This document shows, piece after piece, positions 1 to 11,937 of a DNA stretch of 64,000 nt. A model generated the notes under the pieces. It made no database searches, was not told the origin of the DNA, and saw only the letters and a list, made by a program, of their open reading frames with translations. Location of the stretch: the NCBI GenBank assembly GCA_023139105.1, contig JAGLOF010000089.1:1807-65806 (forward strand), written 5' to 3'. Within the stretch, counting starts at the first letter, position 1; every line of letters begins with the position of its first letter. The position numbers were made by a program, and so were the translations under genes. Origin of the DNA: a bacterium (lineage in GTDB: Bacteria; Zhuqueibacterota; QNDG01; JAGLOF01).

Positions 1-3000
1 TCCTTATTCGTTGGCTCTTCTTCACTCATGACTGGGGTTGTATTTTCTTCCAGAATTCGGAATAATTCCCGAGTATTAATTGGTTTGGAAATGTAATCAT
101 CCATACCTGCCGCAAGACATTTTTCCCTGTCACCCTGCATTGCATGTGCCGTCATGGCAATAACAGGTATATCCTTATAAGTTGATTCTGATTTTCGAAT
201 TTCACGAGTAGCAATCCAGCCGTCCATCAGCGGCATTTGAATATCCATAAGCACAAGATCATATGATTTCACTTCCAACATCTCCAATGCTTTAATTCCG
301 TTTTCTGCAACATCCACAGAATATCCTTCTCCTTCAAGAATTGCCACGGCCAATTCCTGATTCATTTTATTATCCTCAGCCAACAGGATATGAATGCCAT
401 CAGCCATTTTATTTTTTTTAGTCATTTGTTCAGACCTGCCTTCTTCTTTTTGTTTTCCCTCAAAAACACATTGTACTAATTCCATCAATTCAGTCTGGCG
501 TACAGGTTTCTGTAGAAAACCGTATAGTCCCAACTCAATTTGTCGTCTTTCAGATAAAATTTCTGCAGCTGAGGATATCATGATAATACGCGTCTGGCAA
601 AGCTCAGTATCTCCAACAATATGTTTTGCCAGTGTGAAACCATCCATCTCAGGCATCATTACATCCAGAAGTACTATATCAAAACCATAACCTTCACTCG
701 TTGCCGATTTCATAATTTCATGTGCTTCTGTGCCGTTAACGGCTTCAAGGGTTTCAAATCCCCATGCTTCAGTGAGGCCACGAAGAATCTCACGGTTGGT
801 TGCATTGTCATCAACAATCAACAGTCGTTTCCCGTTTATTCTTTCAAATGATATGGGTGTAATATCTGTATCAGCCTGCTTACCTGGCTTGAAACATGCA
901 GTAAAATGGAATTCACTTCCCTTATTCAGTTCGCTGGTGGCCCACATACTTCCATTCATCATATTACAAATCCGAGTACTGATGGAAAGGCCTAAACCAG
1001 TACCACCGTATTTGCGTGTATGCGAACCATCAGCCTGAGTAAAACTCTTAAAGATATTATCAAGTTTATCAGCCGGAATACCAATTCCGGTATCGGTTAC
1101 TATAAAATGGAGTAATATTTCCTTCTTCCGGTTATTATCTGCTCTTGTATTATCAACAATCATATCTTCAGGGAGCGGCTCAACACTCAGTACTATTTCG
1201 CCAATAGTGGAAAATTTAACTGCATTATTAATCAAATTTATAATAATTTGACGAAGCCTGCCGGGATCTCCTTTTACATAGTGCGGTGTAGCCGGATCAA
1301 TGCGACAGAGTAGTTCCAGTTTTTTCTCAGCAGCCATGGTAAAACAGGAATGCATACCCTCCTCCATGACAGTATAAAGGTTGAAGTCAATCTCTTCCAT
1401 CTCCAGCTTACCGGCTTCAATCTTAGAAAAATCCAGGATATCATTTATTAAACCAAGAAGAGAATCTGCCGAAAATTTTACATTTTCTAAATAGCGTCTC
1501 TGCTTTTGATCCAGTTCTGTTTTCAGTGCCAGGCCAGTCATACCAATTATGGCATTCATAGGAGTTCTGATTTCATGACTCATATTGGCAAGAAATTCAC
1601 TCTTAATTTTATTTGCCTCTTCTGCCTTGACAAAGGCCATGTCTAAATCCAGATTCTTCATTTCCAGTTCATGGGCAAAGGTATCAAGCCGTGCGGCGTT
1701 TTTTTCTGCTTGACGCATTGCTTTCTCCAGATTTGCCAATACTTTTTTATTTTCCGAGATATCACGAATTGTCCCTTCAACATGCACGGGCCGGCCATCC
1801 TCATTATATATCATATGAGAGCTGACAGACACAAAAACAATTTGACCGTTCTTCTTCTTCAATTTCTGTTCATAATTTGCCACTTTACCATTTTTCAGGA
1901 GCAATCTAAAAAGCCTTTTTCGTTGTGAAAGATCAACATATACCTCTTTCACGGAATGCCCAATCAGCTCCTCTGGAGAATAACCTGTCATTATTTTCAC
2001 CGACGGGCTTAATACGGTAATAATTCCATTTATATCTGTTTGATAGTAGAGATCCTGGAAAGATTCAAATATGCTTCTGTATTTTTTTTCACTTTCCTTT
2101 ACATGCTGCTCTACCTTCTCCTTCATGAAAACCTGTGATGCCAGATGAGCAATACTGTTCAGAAATTCATTTATTTCCTGAGATATGGGATGCTTGCTGA
2201 ACAAAGCCAGCACGCCGATACACTGTTGAGAATTGTCTTGTAGTTTGTATCCGGCAAATGAGACCAGTCCCAGTGTAGCAGCCCACTCATGATTGTGTAC
2301 TCTGGGATCAGTAGTGACTTCATTGGTTAAAAAACTATTTACACTACCGGAAGCGATAGTCCCTATTTTGTAACAACCAAACGGCACCCGTTTATGAACC
2401 TCCCCATCGATATGTGTATACCGGCCCGAACTGGCTGTCAGATGCAGACACCTATCCCTAAATCGGCAAACATGTACATCATCAGGAGCCTGGTTATGTA
2501 TGCAGTTCTCGCAGCAGTCGCCGGGATAAATAAGCCATATACGGATAAAATCTGCATGAATCATTTCAACAAGCGTATCTGTTATCAGTTTCATCTTTTC
2601 TTTAACTGAAACCGGAGCCAGAAGCTGCTGCTGCAGATTGTTGGTCATGCTGTTGCGCCTTTCCCGCTCTTTACGTTCGGTGATATCTGTATGTACACCG
2701 ATCAGGTTAATAACAGCCCCTTTATTATCCTTAACAGCATTGGCTCTGAGATGAACGGGGAAACGACTGCCATCCCAGGAAAGCATCTCAATCTCCCCAT
2801 CCCAATTACCTCCGGCCATGAGGATCTTAAATACTTTCCCGGCCATCCGGCTATTGGCCCAGACCGCACTGGGTTGAAGGGTCTTAAAGTCTTCAATCTT
2901 ATAACCGAACATCCGGGTGAAGGTCTCGTTCTGATAGATATGCTGTCCATCTGCAGTAGCAATACCGATGGCGTCGCCGGACGCATCTATAGCCGCTTGA

Positions 3001-4640
3001 ATCTGCATCAAATGCTTGTTGGCTTTCATCGTTTCCGCACGGGCCGCTTCGGTGTCTTCCATCATGCTCAGAAGCATAACTTTATTCTGCTCAAGCGCAC
3101 TCAGATTGTTCTCCCGCTCAATCTCAATCTGTTTAATATCAGTAATATCTATAAAGGTTTCCAGAAGACAGGAACGGCCCTGATATTCAAAGAGTTTGAC
3201 TGACTTCAATACGGGACATTTACTGCCGTCAGACCGGAGCAGGACTCGTTCCGCGTTCTCAGACGACATGCCCTGGTCGGTAATGGGGCAATTGCCTTTT
3301 TGGGCAGGGCAGATAAAATTGTGGCATAGTTTTCCGGTCATGGCTTCCGGGCTGGTCTGCACCATAACAGCCGCAGCAGCATTCACGAATACAATTTCGT
3401 GAGTTACCGCATCAATAATGATCACTCCGGTCTGAATGGCCTCAAAAACATCCTTGAGAGTCCGGGCCTGCCGCTCATCGTTCTCCCGTAACTCAATTAT
3501 GTCCGTTTTAACTACAGTGAGGGTTTCGCCCAATTGACTTAACGGATTACCCGGCGAGATTATGTTCTCGCATACTTCAGGTTCTACTCCTTCCCAGAGC
3601 AAATTACCGCAGAGATTGTTTATTTCATTAATATCCTTCTGGCTTACCGTGATCTCCATCTTCGAGAAATCGTCATTTTCAATTGTTGACTGAATATGTC
3701 TGAAGGCATCTTCAACAGAATCGACAAAAATAAAATGCTGCTTCACGAACGCGGCAAACACCCGCAATGAAGATCTCGTTACCAGGTTTGCCCCACAGAT
3801 ATAGGTGATTCGCGGTTGGCTGTTGTACTTTGTGTTCAGCTCATTAATGGTCTTTGCATAGTATTTTCTGGCTGCCAGTGATGATTTTTTAACACCTGTG
3901 TAATCAGCAATTCGGATAGGAGATGTATCTTTCAAACAACCGGTTTCATAGACATATGTGAGTGTTTCTGCCGCTATTTCCGTATCTGTTATATTAATAT
4001 TGCCCTGCAGGGTTGAAAAAAAGAGTTCCCCCGGAATAACGCCGCTTTTATATCCAAATCCTGTCTCCGGGTTATTATATTCCCACTCAGGTTTGAATTG
4101 AATATTTGTAAAACACAACATTTCCTGTAAAGCAATATTTCTTTTTTTCAGTATATCAAGGGCGGTTGAGACAGCCTGTTTGTACTTTCTGTCAAATGCA
4201 AAAATGATGGAGGTGGGGTAGCTTCTTACTGCGGCTTCGGCTATTATCCGCACCCAGAGTGGAGCACTGCAGAAAAGAAATCCGGCATAACTGTCTTCAT
4301 GGGTCAGTAAATAATCCTTTTGGTTTTTAATGCTACGATTCGATGCTTTTCCCATAAGTTTCGAATAGTCCCTGATTTCAACATATGGTTTTTTTACACC
4401 GGCCTCAGAAACAAATTCCTCAAGCAGTTTATAATGCTGCTTTGCATTAAAGTCAGCCATATCACCCTGATTCCGGACAAACAGAATTGAATCATCAATT
4501 TTTTTAATATTAAAGGTGTAGTTTCCGGTGATTTTTACATCACGAAAGTTTTCAAGTTCCAGGACCGGCAAAAATGTAACCGGACAGGTGTACTCTTTTC
4601 TGCCGTTTATAAATCCTTTTTTAATTTTTTCCTTCTTCAT
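1..4640 (-). CDS. Large hybrid sensor histidine kinase (N-terminal alpha/beta sensor region, PAS, PAS, GAF, PAS, HisKA, HATPase, REC, REC); 3' end runs off the window
   Basis: Absent from the ORF track because there is no stop in the window. Manual translation from ATG 4640 gives [10 protein letters not shown]...; H-box [18 protein letters not shown] near 1590-1540; G-boxes DTGIGI and GGTGLGL; receiver motifs [11 protein letters not shown] and [11 protein letters not shown]...[10 protein letters not shown]. Start and end are in the same frame. Confidence 0.92.
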   Translation of the reverse strand, partial: MKKEKIKKGFINGRKEYTCPVTFLPVLELENFRDVKITGNYTFNIKKIDDSILFVRNQGDMADFNAKQHYKLLEEFVSEAGVKKPYVEIRDYSKLMGKASNRSIKNQKDYLLTHEDSYAGFLFCSAPLWVRIIAEAAVRSYPTSIIFAFDRKYKQAVSTALDILKKRNIALQEMLCFTNIQFKPEWEYNNPETGFGYKSGVIPGELFFSTLQGNINITDTEIAAETLTYVYETGCLKDTSPIRIADYTGVKKSSLAARKYYAKTINELNTKYNSQPRITYICGANLVTRSSLRVFAAFVKQHFIFVDSVEDAFRHIQSTIENDDFSKMEITVSQKDINEINNLCGNLLWEGVEPEVCENIISPGNPLSQLGETLTVVKTDIIELRENDERQARTLKDVFEAIQTGVIIIDAVTHEIVFVNAAAAVMVQTSPEAMTGKLCHNFICPAQKGNCPITDQGMSSENAERVLLRSDGSKCPVLKSVKLFEYQGRSCLLETFIDITDIKQIEIERENNLSALEQNKVMLLSMMEDTEAARAETMKANKHLMQIQAAIDASGDAIGIATADGQHIYQNETFTRMFGYKIEDFKTLQPSAVWANSRMAGKVFKILMAGGNWDGEIEMLSWDGSRFPVHLRANAVKDNKGAVINLIGVHTDITERKERERRNSMTNNLQQQLLAPVSVKEKMKLITDTLVEMIHADFIRIWLIYPGDCCENCIHNQAPDDVHVCRFRDRCLHLTASSGRYTHIDGEVHKRVPFGCYKIGTIASGSVNSFLTNEVTTDPRVHNHEWAATLGLVSFAGYKLQDNSQQCIGVLALFSKHPISQEINEFLNSIAHLASQVFMKEKVEQHVKESEKKYRSIFESFQDLYYQTDINGIITVLSPSVKIMTGYSPEELIGHSVKEVYVDLSQRKRLFRLLLKNGKVANYEQKLKKKNGQIVFVSVSSHMIYNEDGRPVHVEGTIRDISENKKVLANLEKAMRQAEKNAARLDTFAHELEMKNLDLDMAFVKAEEANKIKSEFLANMSHEIRTPMNAIIGMTGLALKTELDQKQRRYLENVKFSADSLLGLINDILDFSKIEAGKLEMEEIDFNLYTVMEEGMHSCFTMAAEKKLELLCRIDPATPHYVKGDPGRLRQIIINLINNAVKFSTIGEIVLSVEPLPEDMIVDNTRADNNRKKEILLHFIVTDTGIGIPADKLDNIFKSFTQADGSHTRKYGGTGLGLSISTRICNMMNGSMWATSELNKGSEFHFTACFKPGKQADTDITPISFERINGKRLLIVDDNATNREILRGLTEAWGFETLEAVNGTEAHEIMKSATSEGYGFDIVLLDVMMPEMDGFTLAKHIVGDTELCQTRIIMISSAAEILSERRQIELGLYGFLQKPVRQTELMELVQCVFEGKQKEEGRSEQMTKKNKMADGIHILLAEDNKMNQELAVAILEGEGYSVDVAENGIKALEMLEVKSYDLVLMDIQMPLMDGWIATREIRKSESTYKDIPVIAMTAHAMQGDREKCLAAGMDDYISKPINTRELFRILEENTTPVMSEEEPTNK

Positions 4641-4818
4641 TCCACATCCTGTATTTTTCACAGTTGGGATACGGCGTCTTTATACGTTGCTACAATCCAT
4701 AAAGGACTTTCTCCCTGGAACTTTTTTATGATTTTACATTACTCAACACTCCCGTACCTGGCTTCCCGGTCTAGCTCTTCAAGAATTCCGTTCACCTCTT
4801 TTTTTTTATTTCTTTCCA

Positions 4819-6693
4819 TCATGCTTCAACTGCAGAAGCGGCCAGTTTTAACGGGAATTCAATTCTAAATCCGGTACCATCCATTTCAAGAAGATTCAAT
4901 TTCCCTTTAAGTTGCCTCGTCAGGCCGATAATCAACTCCATCCCCAAAGAATCCTGCTTATATATATCAAAATTTACCGGCAGACCAATTCCATTGTCAC
5001 TGAAAGTGAATCTAACAAGCACATTTTCTGATTTTTCATTTAATCTATTTGATTCTCTTTTAAATTCAATATAAATATTATCTTGAGATGATCTGGAATT
5101 TTTAAATGCATATTTCAGACTATTTGTCATTAGTTCGTTGGCTATTAGCCCAAAGGGAAGTGCAGTATCCAGGGTTAAAGGCAAATTATCAAAATCCATT
5201 TCCAGATGGACTTGGTGCCCCTCACTTTGTGCCGCTGATATAAGGCTCATAACAATTGTTGAGATATACTCTTTAGCTGCGACTGTAGCAAGAGAATTAC
5301 TCCTGTACATATATTCATGTACCGTGGCTATTGTGCGTACCCGGCTTAAAGTCTCCTGAAGAGCAAGTTCAACTTCTTTTAATTTGGTTTGATCAGACTG
5401 CATACTTAATAAACTGACAACTATCTGCAGATTATTCTTTACACGGTGATGCACTTCTTTAAGCAATGTCTCTTTTTCTTTCAAATTTACCTTTATTGCC
5501 TCTTCAGCCTCTTTACGCCCGGTAATATCCCGGTCATATATCAACGCACCGTTAAAACAACCGCCTGCCGTTGTTAATGGTAAACCTTTACGCCATACAG
5601 TTACAATGTTGTCAGCACTGGTGACAATCTGAATTTCTTCTTCAATAGATTCTAGCTGCTGAAGCTCTAAAGTTTTTTCCAAAAAAACAGCAATCGAGGA
5701 TGAATGGATTAAATCAATTATGGGTTTCCCAATCAACCCCTCTTTCGGATACCCATAGAGCTGCTCCCCACTTGGATTAACCTCTATTATTATACCTTTA
5801 GTATCAACAACGAATACACTGTCCGGTGCTGACTCGAATAATAGCCGATAACGGTCTTCACTCTCCCGCAGCTGCCGGGTCCTTTCTTCCAGCAGGTCTT
5901 CTACTCTCAGAAGTGCTCGTTCCCGACGAATTTTTGCGCATAGTTCCACAAGAAATTCCGGAACGAAAGGCTTATGAAGATTCGCAGCTGCCCCTTGGCG
6001 CATCCAGGCCAGTGACAATTCCGGATCATGATCTGTGCTCATCATAATGCAGACACAATTGGGTTGATCATTTTGAAAACCTGCCAGCAGTAAATCGCCT
6101 TTGCCGTCAGGTAAATGGTAATCAATTATACATAGGTCAAATGATACTTCACTAAAAATGTCAGCCGCCTCTTGTACAGAAAAAGCTATATTTACATAAT
6201 AAGCCTGAGCTTCAAATGCCTTTTTCAAAATACTTACAAGAGTTTTACTGTCCTCAACAATGAGCACACTAGGCTGGTCTATAGGTTGCTCTCCTTGAAG
6301 TAATGCCTGCACCTTTTCAATATATTTCCCCCCATCCACAGGGGCAGACAAAAAGGCATTGGCCCCAAGATCCGCAGTAATACGTGAAGCTTCATCACCG
6401 GAAAAAGTAGCCGAGACCACCAGAATGGGAACTTGGTTAAATACTTTATATTCAGGCGAACGCAACAGCCGGCAAAAACGCCAGCCGTCAATATCCGGCA
6501 TGTAGAGATCAGTAATGATTAGATGAGGCGGACTGCTCTTGCCCATCTCTAAAAGGGCCTCAGCCGCATTATCGAAGGTGCGGACATCCAACTCTTCATT
6601 GGCAAGCAGTCCGGCCAGAATTCCCAGTTGAACCGGATTATCGTTAACCACAACAACGGTAATTACAGACTGCCCAGTATGATCGACATTCAT
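4819..6693 (-). CDS. REC-REC-PAS histidine kinase, HisKA_2 class
   Basis: Two N-terminal receiver domains, a PAS domain, H-box LKEVHHRVKNNLQ, ELMTNSLKYAF, DNGIG. Confidence 0.92.
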   Translation of the reverse strand: MNVDHTGQSVITVVVVNDNPVQLGILAGLLANEELDVRTFDNAAEALLEMGKSSPPHLIITDLYMPDIDGWRFCRLLRSPEYKVFNQVPILVVSATFSGDEASRITADLGANAFLSAPVDGGKYIEKVQALLQGEQPIDQPSVLIVEDSKTLVSILKKAFEAQAYYVNIAFSVQEAADIFSEVSFDLCIIDYHLPDGKGDLLLAGFQNDQPNCVCIMMSTDHDPELSLAWMRQGAAANLHKPFVPEFLVELCAKIRRERALLRVEDLLEERTRQLRESEDRYRLLFESAPDSVFVVDTKGIIIEVNPSGEQLYGYPKEGLIGKPIIDLIHSSSIAVFLEKTLELQQLESIEEEIQIVTSADNIVTVWRKGLPLTTAGGCFNGALIYDRDITGRKEAEEAIKVNLKEKETLLKEVHHRVKNNLQIVVSLLSMQSDQTKLKEVELALQETLSRVRTIATVHEYMYRSNSLATVAAKEYISTIVMSLISAAQSEGHQVHLEMDFDNLPLTLDTALPFGLIANELMTNSLKYAFKNSRSSQDNIYIEFKRESNRLNEKSENVLVRFTFSDNGIGLPVNFDIYKQDSLGMELIIGLTRQLKGKLNLLEMDGTGFRIEFPLKLAASAVEA

Positions 6694-6795
6694 ATCACTC
6701 TACCTTTACAATATCATTATATGCCAGTGGGAATATAGTTGATATCCACAAATAAAATGATTTAACCTAAAAAAAACCTTTGCATTATTCTTTTT

Positions 6796-8925
6796 CTAAA
6801 TCTCAACTTCGTTCCCTAATCTATTCACTTCTGCCCCTATCACCTTCTCCACCAGTCTCTGCACATCCAGAATCAAAGCCACAGTGCCGTCACCAAGAAT
6901 AGTTGCACCGGAAAGTCCATCAACGTTTCTCATCATCTTGCCCAGAGACTTAATGACAACCTGCTGCTCACCAATAACTTCATCCACTACAAATCCATAC
7001 TTCTCACCCTGCTGATCTGTTATCAGTATCTGTTCAATTGCCGGGGATTCGCCAGTGAGAAGCAATTGATCACGAAGCCGGATATATGGCACGGCCTGAT
7101 CGCGTAAATGGATAAGGTGATGACGCCCATTTTCTTCATTTGCAGATCTTCTCAATTCCACACACTCTTCAACCATGGCCAGTGGGAAAACATAGTAATC
7201 ACCGTCAATACGTGTCAGAAGACCTTCAATAATTCCCAGAGTTAATGGTAATCGAATTGTTATGCGTGTGCCTTTTTTATCCTCGCTCTCCAGTTTAACT
7301 GTACCGCGTAAAGCTTCAATACCCCGTCTGACAACGTCCATACCCACGCCACGGCCTGAAAGATTGGTTACCTTGTCTTTGGTTGAAAAACCTGCATTGA
7401 AAATAAATTGATGAATCTCAAAATCAGACAGTTCCTGATCATCAATAATCAAACCCTGCTTGATTGCCTTTTTACGGATTACCTCTGTATTTAATCCACA
7501 ACCGTCATCTTCAATAATAATTTCTACCTGTGCACCGGCATGACCGGCAGATAGTCTAATGGTTCCTTCTTTTGATTTCTGTGCAAAAAGCCTTGTGGCT
7601 GCAGGTTCAATTCCGTGATCAATACAATTGCGTATTATATGAATTAATGGATCATTAAGCTTCTCTATAACATTTTTATCCAACTCTGTCTCACCTCCAA
7701 TAATTTCCAGCCTGATCTCTTTTCCCTGTGCATGAGAGAGATCACGAATCAGACGCTTAAACTTAGAAAATAATGTTCCGATTGGCACAAGACGCATGTC
7801 CATGGCAGTATCCCTGAGATCATTGGTCAACCTTTCCATTTCCTCACCAAGCAGCAACAGTTCTCCATCAGCAAGAACAGAAACTGTCTGCTGCAATCGG
7901 GCCTGAGCAATAACCAGTTCACCAACAAGATCTACCAGCCTGTCCAGTTTTTCTGAAGCAACCCGAATATTGGAAACAAGAACAGCTTTTTTATTATCAG
8001 TATTCTGTACGGAATCCAATTGTGTTGCAATTTCCGCATTTGCAATTACTACATCATCAACATTCATGTTTGCATTGAATTGGTTATCTATTAGGTTAAT
8101 TGTTTTTTTCAGTTCAGCGTCAGGAATACTGCCTTGATCGAGTAGTAATTCTACAACTTTATCCAAATCAGCACTATCAGCTCCATCAGGCAATTTGGCA
8201 AGTTTTTGAATATGAAGTTCACATTCATCTTCCACAAAAATGAAGACATCCTGAATAGAATTTTCATCTTTCTCTGTAGCTAGCAGAATATCCCAGGCCG
8301 TATAACAAATTTCAGGTACAATATCCAGTAATGATGGTATTTTTTCAGCCCTGGCAATTATTTTAACATTGCCCATAGCAGCCAATTCATTTAATAATAG
8401 CAGTGGATTTGTTCCCATCTGAAAAATTGTTTCAACCGGTTCAAAAAAAATATGAAATAACGCCGCATCTGATATTTTTGAAGTCTGCTGTGTATCAATT
8501 AATTCATTTTGTTTTTTAACAACTGCATTTGCAGGAACGGAATCATAAGCAAGAAAAGCCTTTGTTAATTTTTCAACTGTTTCTACTTCTTCTGAATCAG
8601 CAGGTTTTTCACCTCTATTGAGCATTCGTTCAATCTGATCACGGGCAAGCAGGGTTAAATCGATCAAAGACTGATCAACCAATATTTTACCATCTCTTAC
8701 TTTATCAAGAACTGACTCAATCCCATGAGCAAAAGATTCAATATCAAGAAATCCAAACATACCACCAGAGCCTTTTAGAGTATGCATGGCTCTGAATACC
8801 CGTCCGATAAGATCCATATTGCCGGCATCGGTTTCAAGAGCCAGAAGTGACATCTCAAGTTCTTCAAGCAATTCACGGGCTTCAATGATAAAAGCCTCGC
8901 GCCCCATATCAAATGCAGTACTCAT
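6796..8925 (-). CDS. cheA: Chemotaxis histidine kinase CheA
   Basis: P1 motif FRAMHTLKG, KLDRLVDLVGELVI dimerisation region, HIIRNCIDHGIE, SGRGVGMDVV, C-terminal CheW-like domain. Confidence 0.97.
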   Translation of the reverse strand: MSTAFDMGREAFIIEARELLEELEMSLLALETDAGNMDLIGRVFRAMHTLKGSGGMFGFLDIESFAHGIESVLDKVRDGKILVDQSLIDLTLLARDQIERMLNRGEKPADSEEVETVEKLTKAFLAYDSVPANAVVKKQNELIDTQQTSKISDAALFHIFFEPVETIFQMGTNPLLLLNELAAMGNVKIIARAEKIPSLLDIVPEICYTAWDILLATEKDENSIQDVFIFVEDECELHIQKLAKLPDGADSADLDKVVELLLDQGSIPDAELKKTINLIDNQFNANMNVDDVVIANAEIATQLDSVQNTDNKKAVLVSNIRVASEKLDRLVDLVGELVIAQARLQQTVSVLADGELLLLGEEMERLTNDLRDTAMDMRLVPIGTLFSKFKRLIRDLSHAQGKEIRLEIIGGETELDKNVIEKLNDPLIHIIRNCIDHGIEPAATRLFAQKSKEGTIRLSAGHAGAQVEIIIEDDGCGLNTEVIRKKAIKQGLIIDDQELSDFEIHQFIFNAGFSTKDKVTNLSGRGVGMDVVRRGIEALRGTVKLESEDKKGTRITIRLPLTLGIIEGLLTRIDGDYYVFPLAMVEECVELRRSANEENGRHHLIHLRDQAVPYIRLRDQLLLTGESPAIEQILITDQQGEKYGFVVDEVIGEQQVVIKSLGKMMRNVDGLSGATILGDGTVALILDVQRLVEKVIGAEVNRLGNEVEI

Positions 8926-9287
8926 CCTAACACCTTCTTTACGACTGAGATTAATTGTTCAGGCTTGAAAGGTTTTACAATCCATCCCGTTGCACCAGCT
9001 GCTTTACCCTCCTGCTTCCTTGTGACCTGTGATTCGGTAGTCAGCATGATCAATGGAATAAATTTGAACTGTGTTTTTGAACGAATTTCTTTTATTAAAG
9101 TAATTCCATCCATGCGTGGCATATTTAAATCTATCAGGGCCATATGAACGGTTTCACTTTCTATTTTTTCCAATGCATCAACACCATCCGATGCTTCAAT
9201 GACAACATAACCAGCATCAGCTAATGTAAATTTTACCATTTGTCTAATACTGGGAGAATCATCCACAGTCATTATTGTCTTGCTCAT
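8922..9287 (-). CDS. cheY: Single-domain response regulator CheY
   Basis: MSKTIMTVDDS...DLNMPRMDG...LTTE...WIVKPF. Start moved to ATG 9287, which overlaps the STAS stop (ATGA). Confidence 0.93.
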   Translation of the reverse strand: MSKTIMTVDDSPSIRQMVKFTLADAGYVVIEASDGVDALEKIESETVHMALIDLNMPRMDGITLIKEIRSKTQFKFIPLIMLTTESQVTRKQEGKAAGATGWIVKPFKPEQLISVVKKVLG

Positions 9288-9631
9288 GAATTGACCCCTT
9301 TTTTCCAAATACAATCAGCCTCATTAATACCGGATCTACATACACCTGGAAAACCTGCACGTTTTGCTGTATCAAAGAATTCATCAGGTATTTTAATTTT
9401 GATATTCAATGGTTCTTCATTCTCTGTTCTCCTGTGGTTTACAGAACAGAGCAGCTGCAATCCTGCAAGATCTATATGCTCAGCTTTAGATAAGTCCAGA
9501 ATAACTTTCTTTTGATCACCTATTATCTTTTTCATAACATCATGAAAATCGGTTGCATTCTCAATAGTTAAATCCCCTTGAACCACATATATAGATTGTC
9601 TGTTTTTATTATCCACATCACATGAAAACAT
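9284..9631 (-). CDS. STAS-domain (STAS_2-like) protein
   Basis: GDLTIENA...LDLSKAEHIDLAGLQLL motif; GGAGG RBS; coupled to cheY. Confidence 0.85.
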   Translation of the reverse strand: MFSCDVDNKNRQSIYVVQGDLTIENATDFHDVMKKIIGDQKKVILDLSKAEHIDLAGLQLLCSVNHRRTENEEPLNIKIKIPDEFFDTAKRAGFPGVCRSGINEADCIWKKGVNS

Positions 9632-9645
9632 GACACCTCCTATAT

Positions 9646-11448
9646 CTAAAACAGTTCAATGTTATCGTCCAGACTGTCATCTCCTTCAGCTACTACAGCA
9701 TCCGTTTCAACAGTTTTCCTTTTTCCCTCACTGCCACTTACCAATAAACGTTCATGATTATCTCTTTCCCCTTGCATTGTATACATAGAAGTGATATTTT
9801 CTATATTTTTCTTATTCAACAAGACATCACCATCATCATATTCCGAATCGTTAATACTGATTTTGTCAAATATTTCAATAACCGGGCCCAGAACCTGTGC
9901 ATATGCATGATGCATATTGACATTAATCACAATATCATCTATCAGACTCTGTAGAGATCCTGATTGATCTTCAAGAACTTTTAATTCACCTTGTCCTGAT
10001 TCAAGAATTGATTTCAGGCTTGTGGCTTTTAAATTTAAATCATCAATAATTTCCTGAATTATATCAACTATACTTACATTAGTTTCCTGCTGTGAATCAT
10101 CAACATTGAGTATTAAACTCATTTCCTTCATTTCACCAATATGTATATCAAGTTCATGCATATCCTTATTGGCTCTATGAGACAACTTCACTACTTCCTG
10201 AACTAAAACGCCCAAAGCAGCACCGTCACTGCCAAGATGCGCCGCTTTTATTATACCGTTCTTGGCTAGTAAATCAATTTCATCATCTATATTGGCGATT
10301 TCAGAAATTGCTAGTTGAACAGCATGAAGTTCACCTGCAACAGGGCTTAACATATTACTGAGCTCTTTATGATTTTCATTTAGAGTTAGAAAGGAATCTA
10401 CAACCAATTGAATATTGGATTGAATTACTTCTATATAGGAATCACTTTTGTCTGATGTATAACTTGCAAAACTGGCAACAGCCAAATACATCTTATTTGC
10501 TTGAATAGCAACTTCTGATAAATTTTGTAAAAGTGTTTCTGTAGCATCTGTTATATTTTTCATTGCAGTATTTAATTGAATTGCCTGCAACTTGAGTAGA
10601 TGCGCATTGCCTTTGCTTATTGCTTGTCCACCATTAACAGAATCACATGTTTCATTCTGCTCTGATTTACATATCTCAAGACTAATGCCCTGCAATACTT
10701 CCACTACATGCTCAATTTGCTGCCGCGTTATATCATGAAACTGTATTGCAGTCACAATACCTGAAACTTCAGAAGATATTGATTGGGAGTGGAGTGAAAT
10801 ATCAGATGCTGAATGTGAACAACTCTCTTGCAGCTGTGAAACCATACTAAGGCAACCCTGTAGACCTTCAATAACACTCTGAGACTGTTGAAATTCCTTC
10901 TCCCTGGTACTTCCCAAGAGCAAAAAACATTCATCAATAATACTAATAAGACCCTTTATTTTTTTCAGGACTTCCGTTACTCTGGACTGAGAAGCCTCTG
11001 CCAGGTTATCAATTTCTATTGACAAAGTCTCAAGGAGCTGCCCCCTGTCACCCAGACGGGCCGTTTCAATACGGATGGAAATTGCATACCTTTTAAGATC
11101 CTTGACATGCTTTTTAAATCTTAATATATAAGGATTTATCATTGCAATGGTTTGAGAAAGTTTCCGGAGATTTTCAATGGTTTTTAGAATTTGACGGTTA
11201 TTATAATCCAGATAACGATCTATCCTGCCAAGCAGATCCTGAAAATCTTCTATTGTGCTATTAATTGTGCCTTCTGTAAAAATCTGAATAAAGTCGGAAG
11301 CGGATGTTGATGTTCTGCGGCTAAAGGACTGTATAGTCTGAAGGTTATTCCCCATTCCTAAAACTTCAATCTCAGTAGTTAAAATGAGGTCAGAAAAATC
11401 TTTACATATTTCTTTAATATTAATGCTGGTACTTTGGGGAGATTTCAT
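9646..11448 (-). CDS. Cytoplasmic MCP-like coiled-coil chemosensory protein
   Basis: No TM segment; two degenerate hairpin tips (AISIRIETARLG, LLAKNGIIKAAHLG); QFHDITRQQIEHV and YTMQGER motifs; C-terminal NIELF. Confidence 0.8.
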   Translation of the reverse strand: MKSPQSTSINIKEICKDFSDLILTTEIEVLGMGNNLQTIQSFSRRTSTSASDFIQIFTEGTINSTIEDFQDLLGRIDRYLDYNNRQILKTIENLRKLSQTIAMINPYILRFKKHVKDLKRYAISIRIETARLGDRGQLLETLSIEIDNLAEASQSRVTEVLKKIKGLISIIDECFLLLGSTREKEFQQSQSVIEGLQGCLSMVSQLQESCSHSASDISLHSQSISSEVSGIVTAIQFHDITRQQIEHVVEVLQGISLEICKSEQNETCDSVNGGQAISKGNAHLLKLQAIQLNTAMKNITDATETLLQNLSEVAIQANKMYLAVASFASYTSDKSDSYIEVIQSNIQLVVDSFLTLNENHKELSNMLSPVAGELHAVQLAISEIANIDDEIDLLAKNGIIKAAHLGSDGAALGVLVQEVVKLSHRANKDMHELDIHIGEMKEMSLILNVDDSQQETNVSIVDIIQEIIDDLNLKATSLKSILESGQGELKVLEDQSGSLQSLIDDIVINVNMHHAYAQVLGPVIEIFDKISINDSEYDDGDVLLNKKNIENITSMYTMQGERDNHERLLVSGSEGKRKTVETDAVVAEGDDSLDDNIELF

Positions 11449-11937
11449 TAGCCGTATCCAAATTAAATGAATGATTTATATTTTTGAATCAAATGTTATG
11501 CCATTCATCTATAGTGCGTATTAACATTTTAAAAAACAAGTAGTTATACAAATAACATATATTTATAAAAATCAACATCACGTTTGTCAATTTGACACAT
11601 AAAAATTTTAATAGTTAATATTGAACACTTTCATGTCTATTAACCTTTAAAAATATTTTTTAAGGTGTGGACGTTACTGCACTCTTTTGGAGTTGTGAAA
11701 AGAGCAGTGCAGCATATCTCCGGGGATTAACATGGAGATTACATGGAGTGCCAAAGAAGGAGCCAGAACAAATTTTCACGGAATAAAATGGAAGGCAGAT
11801 GTTGCGTTTTCTTTGAAGAATCCGTGTATATAATTGAAAAAAATTACTGTCTATGTGGAGGAGAAAAAAAATATTGCCCTTTCAGGTGATCTACTCTGAA
11901 TTCAAAATATTTCTTATCAATGCTAATATGCAGTATT

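Noticed and set aside
394..4731. Numerous short plus-strand ORFs (and 2702-2986 minus) in the ORF track
   Set aside because: Shadows of the long minus-strand hybrid kinase at 1-4640
11678..11833. Hairpin CTGCACTCTTTT...AAAAGAGCAGTGCAG and a 33-aa plus-strand ORF (11732-11833)
   Set aside because: No recognisable RNA family or protein motif; too little support
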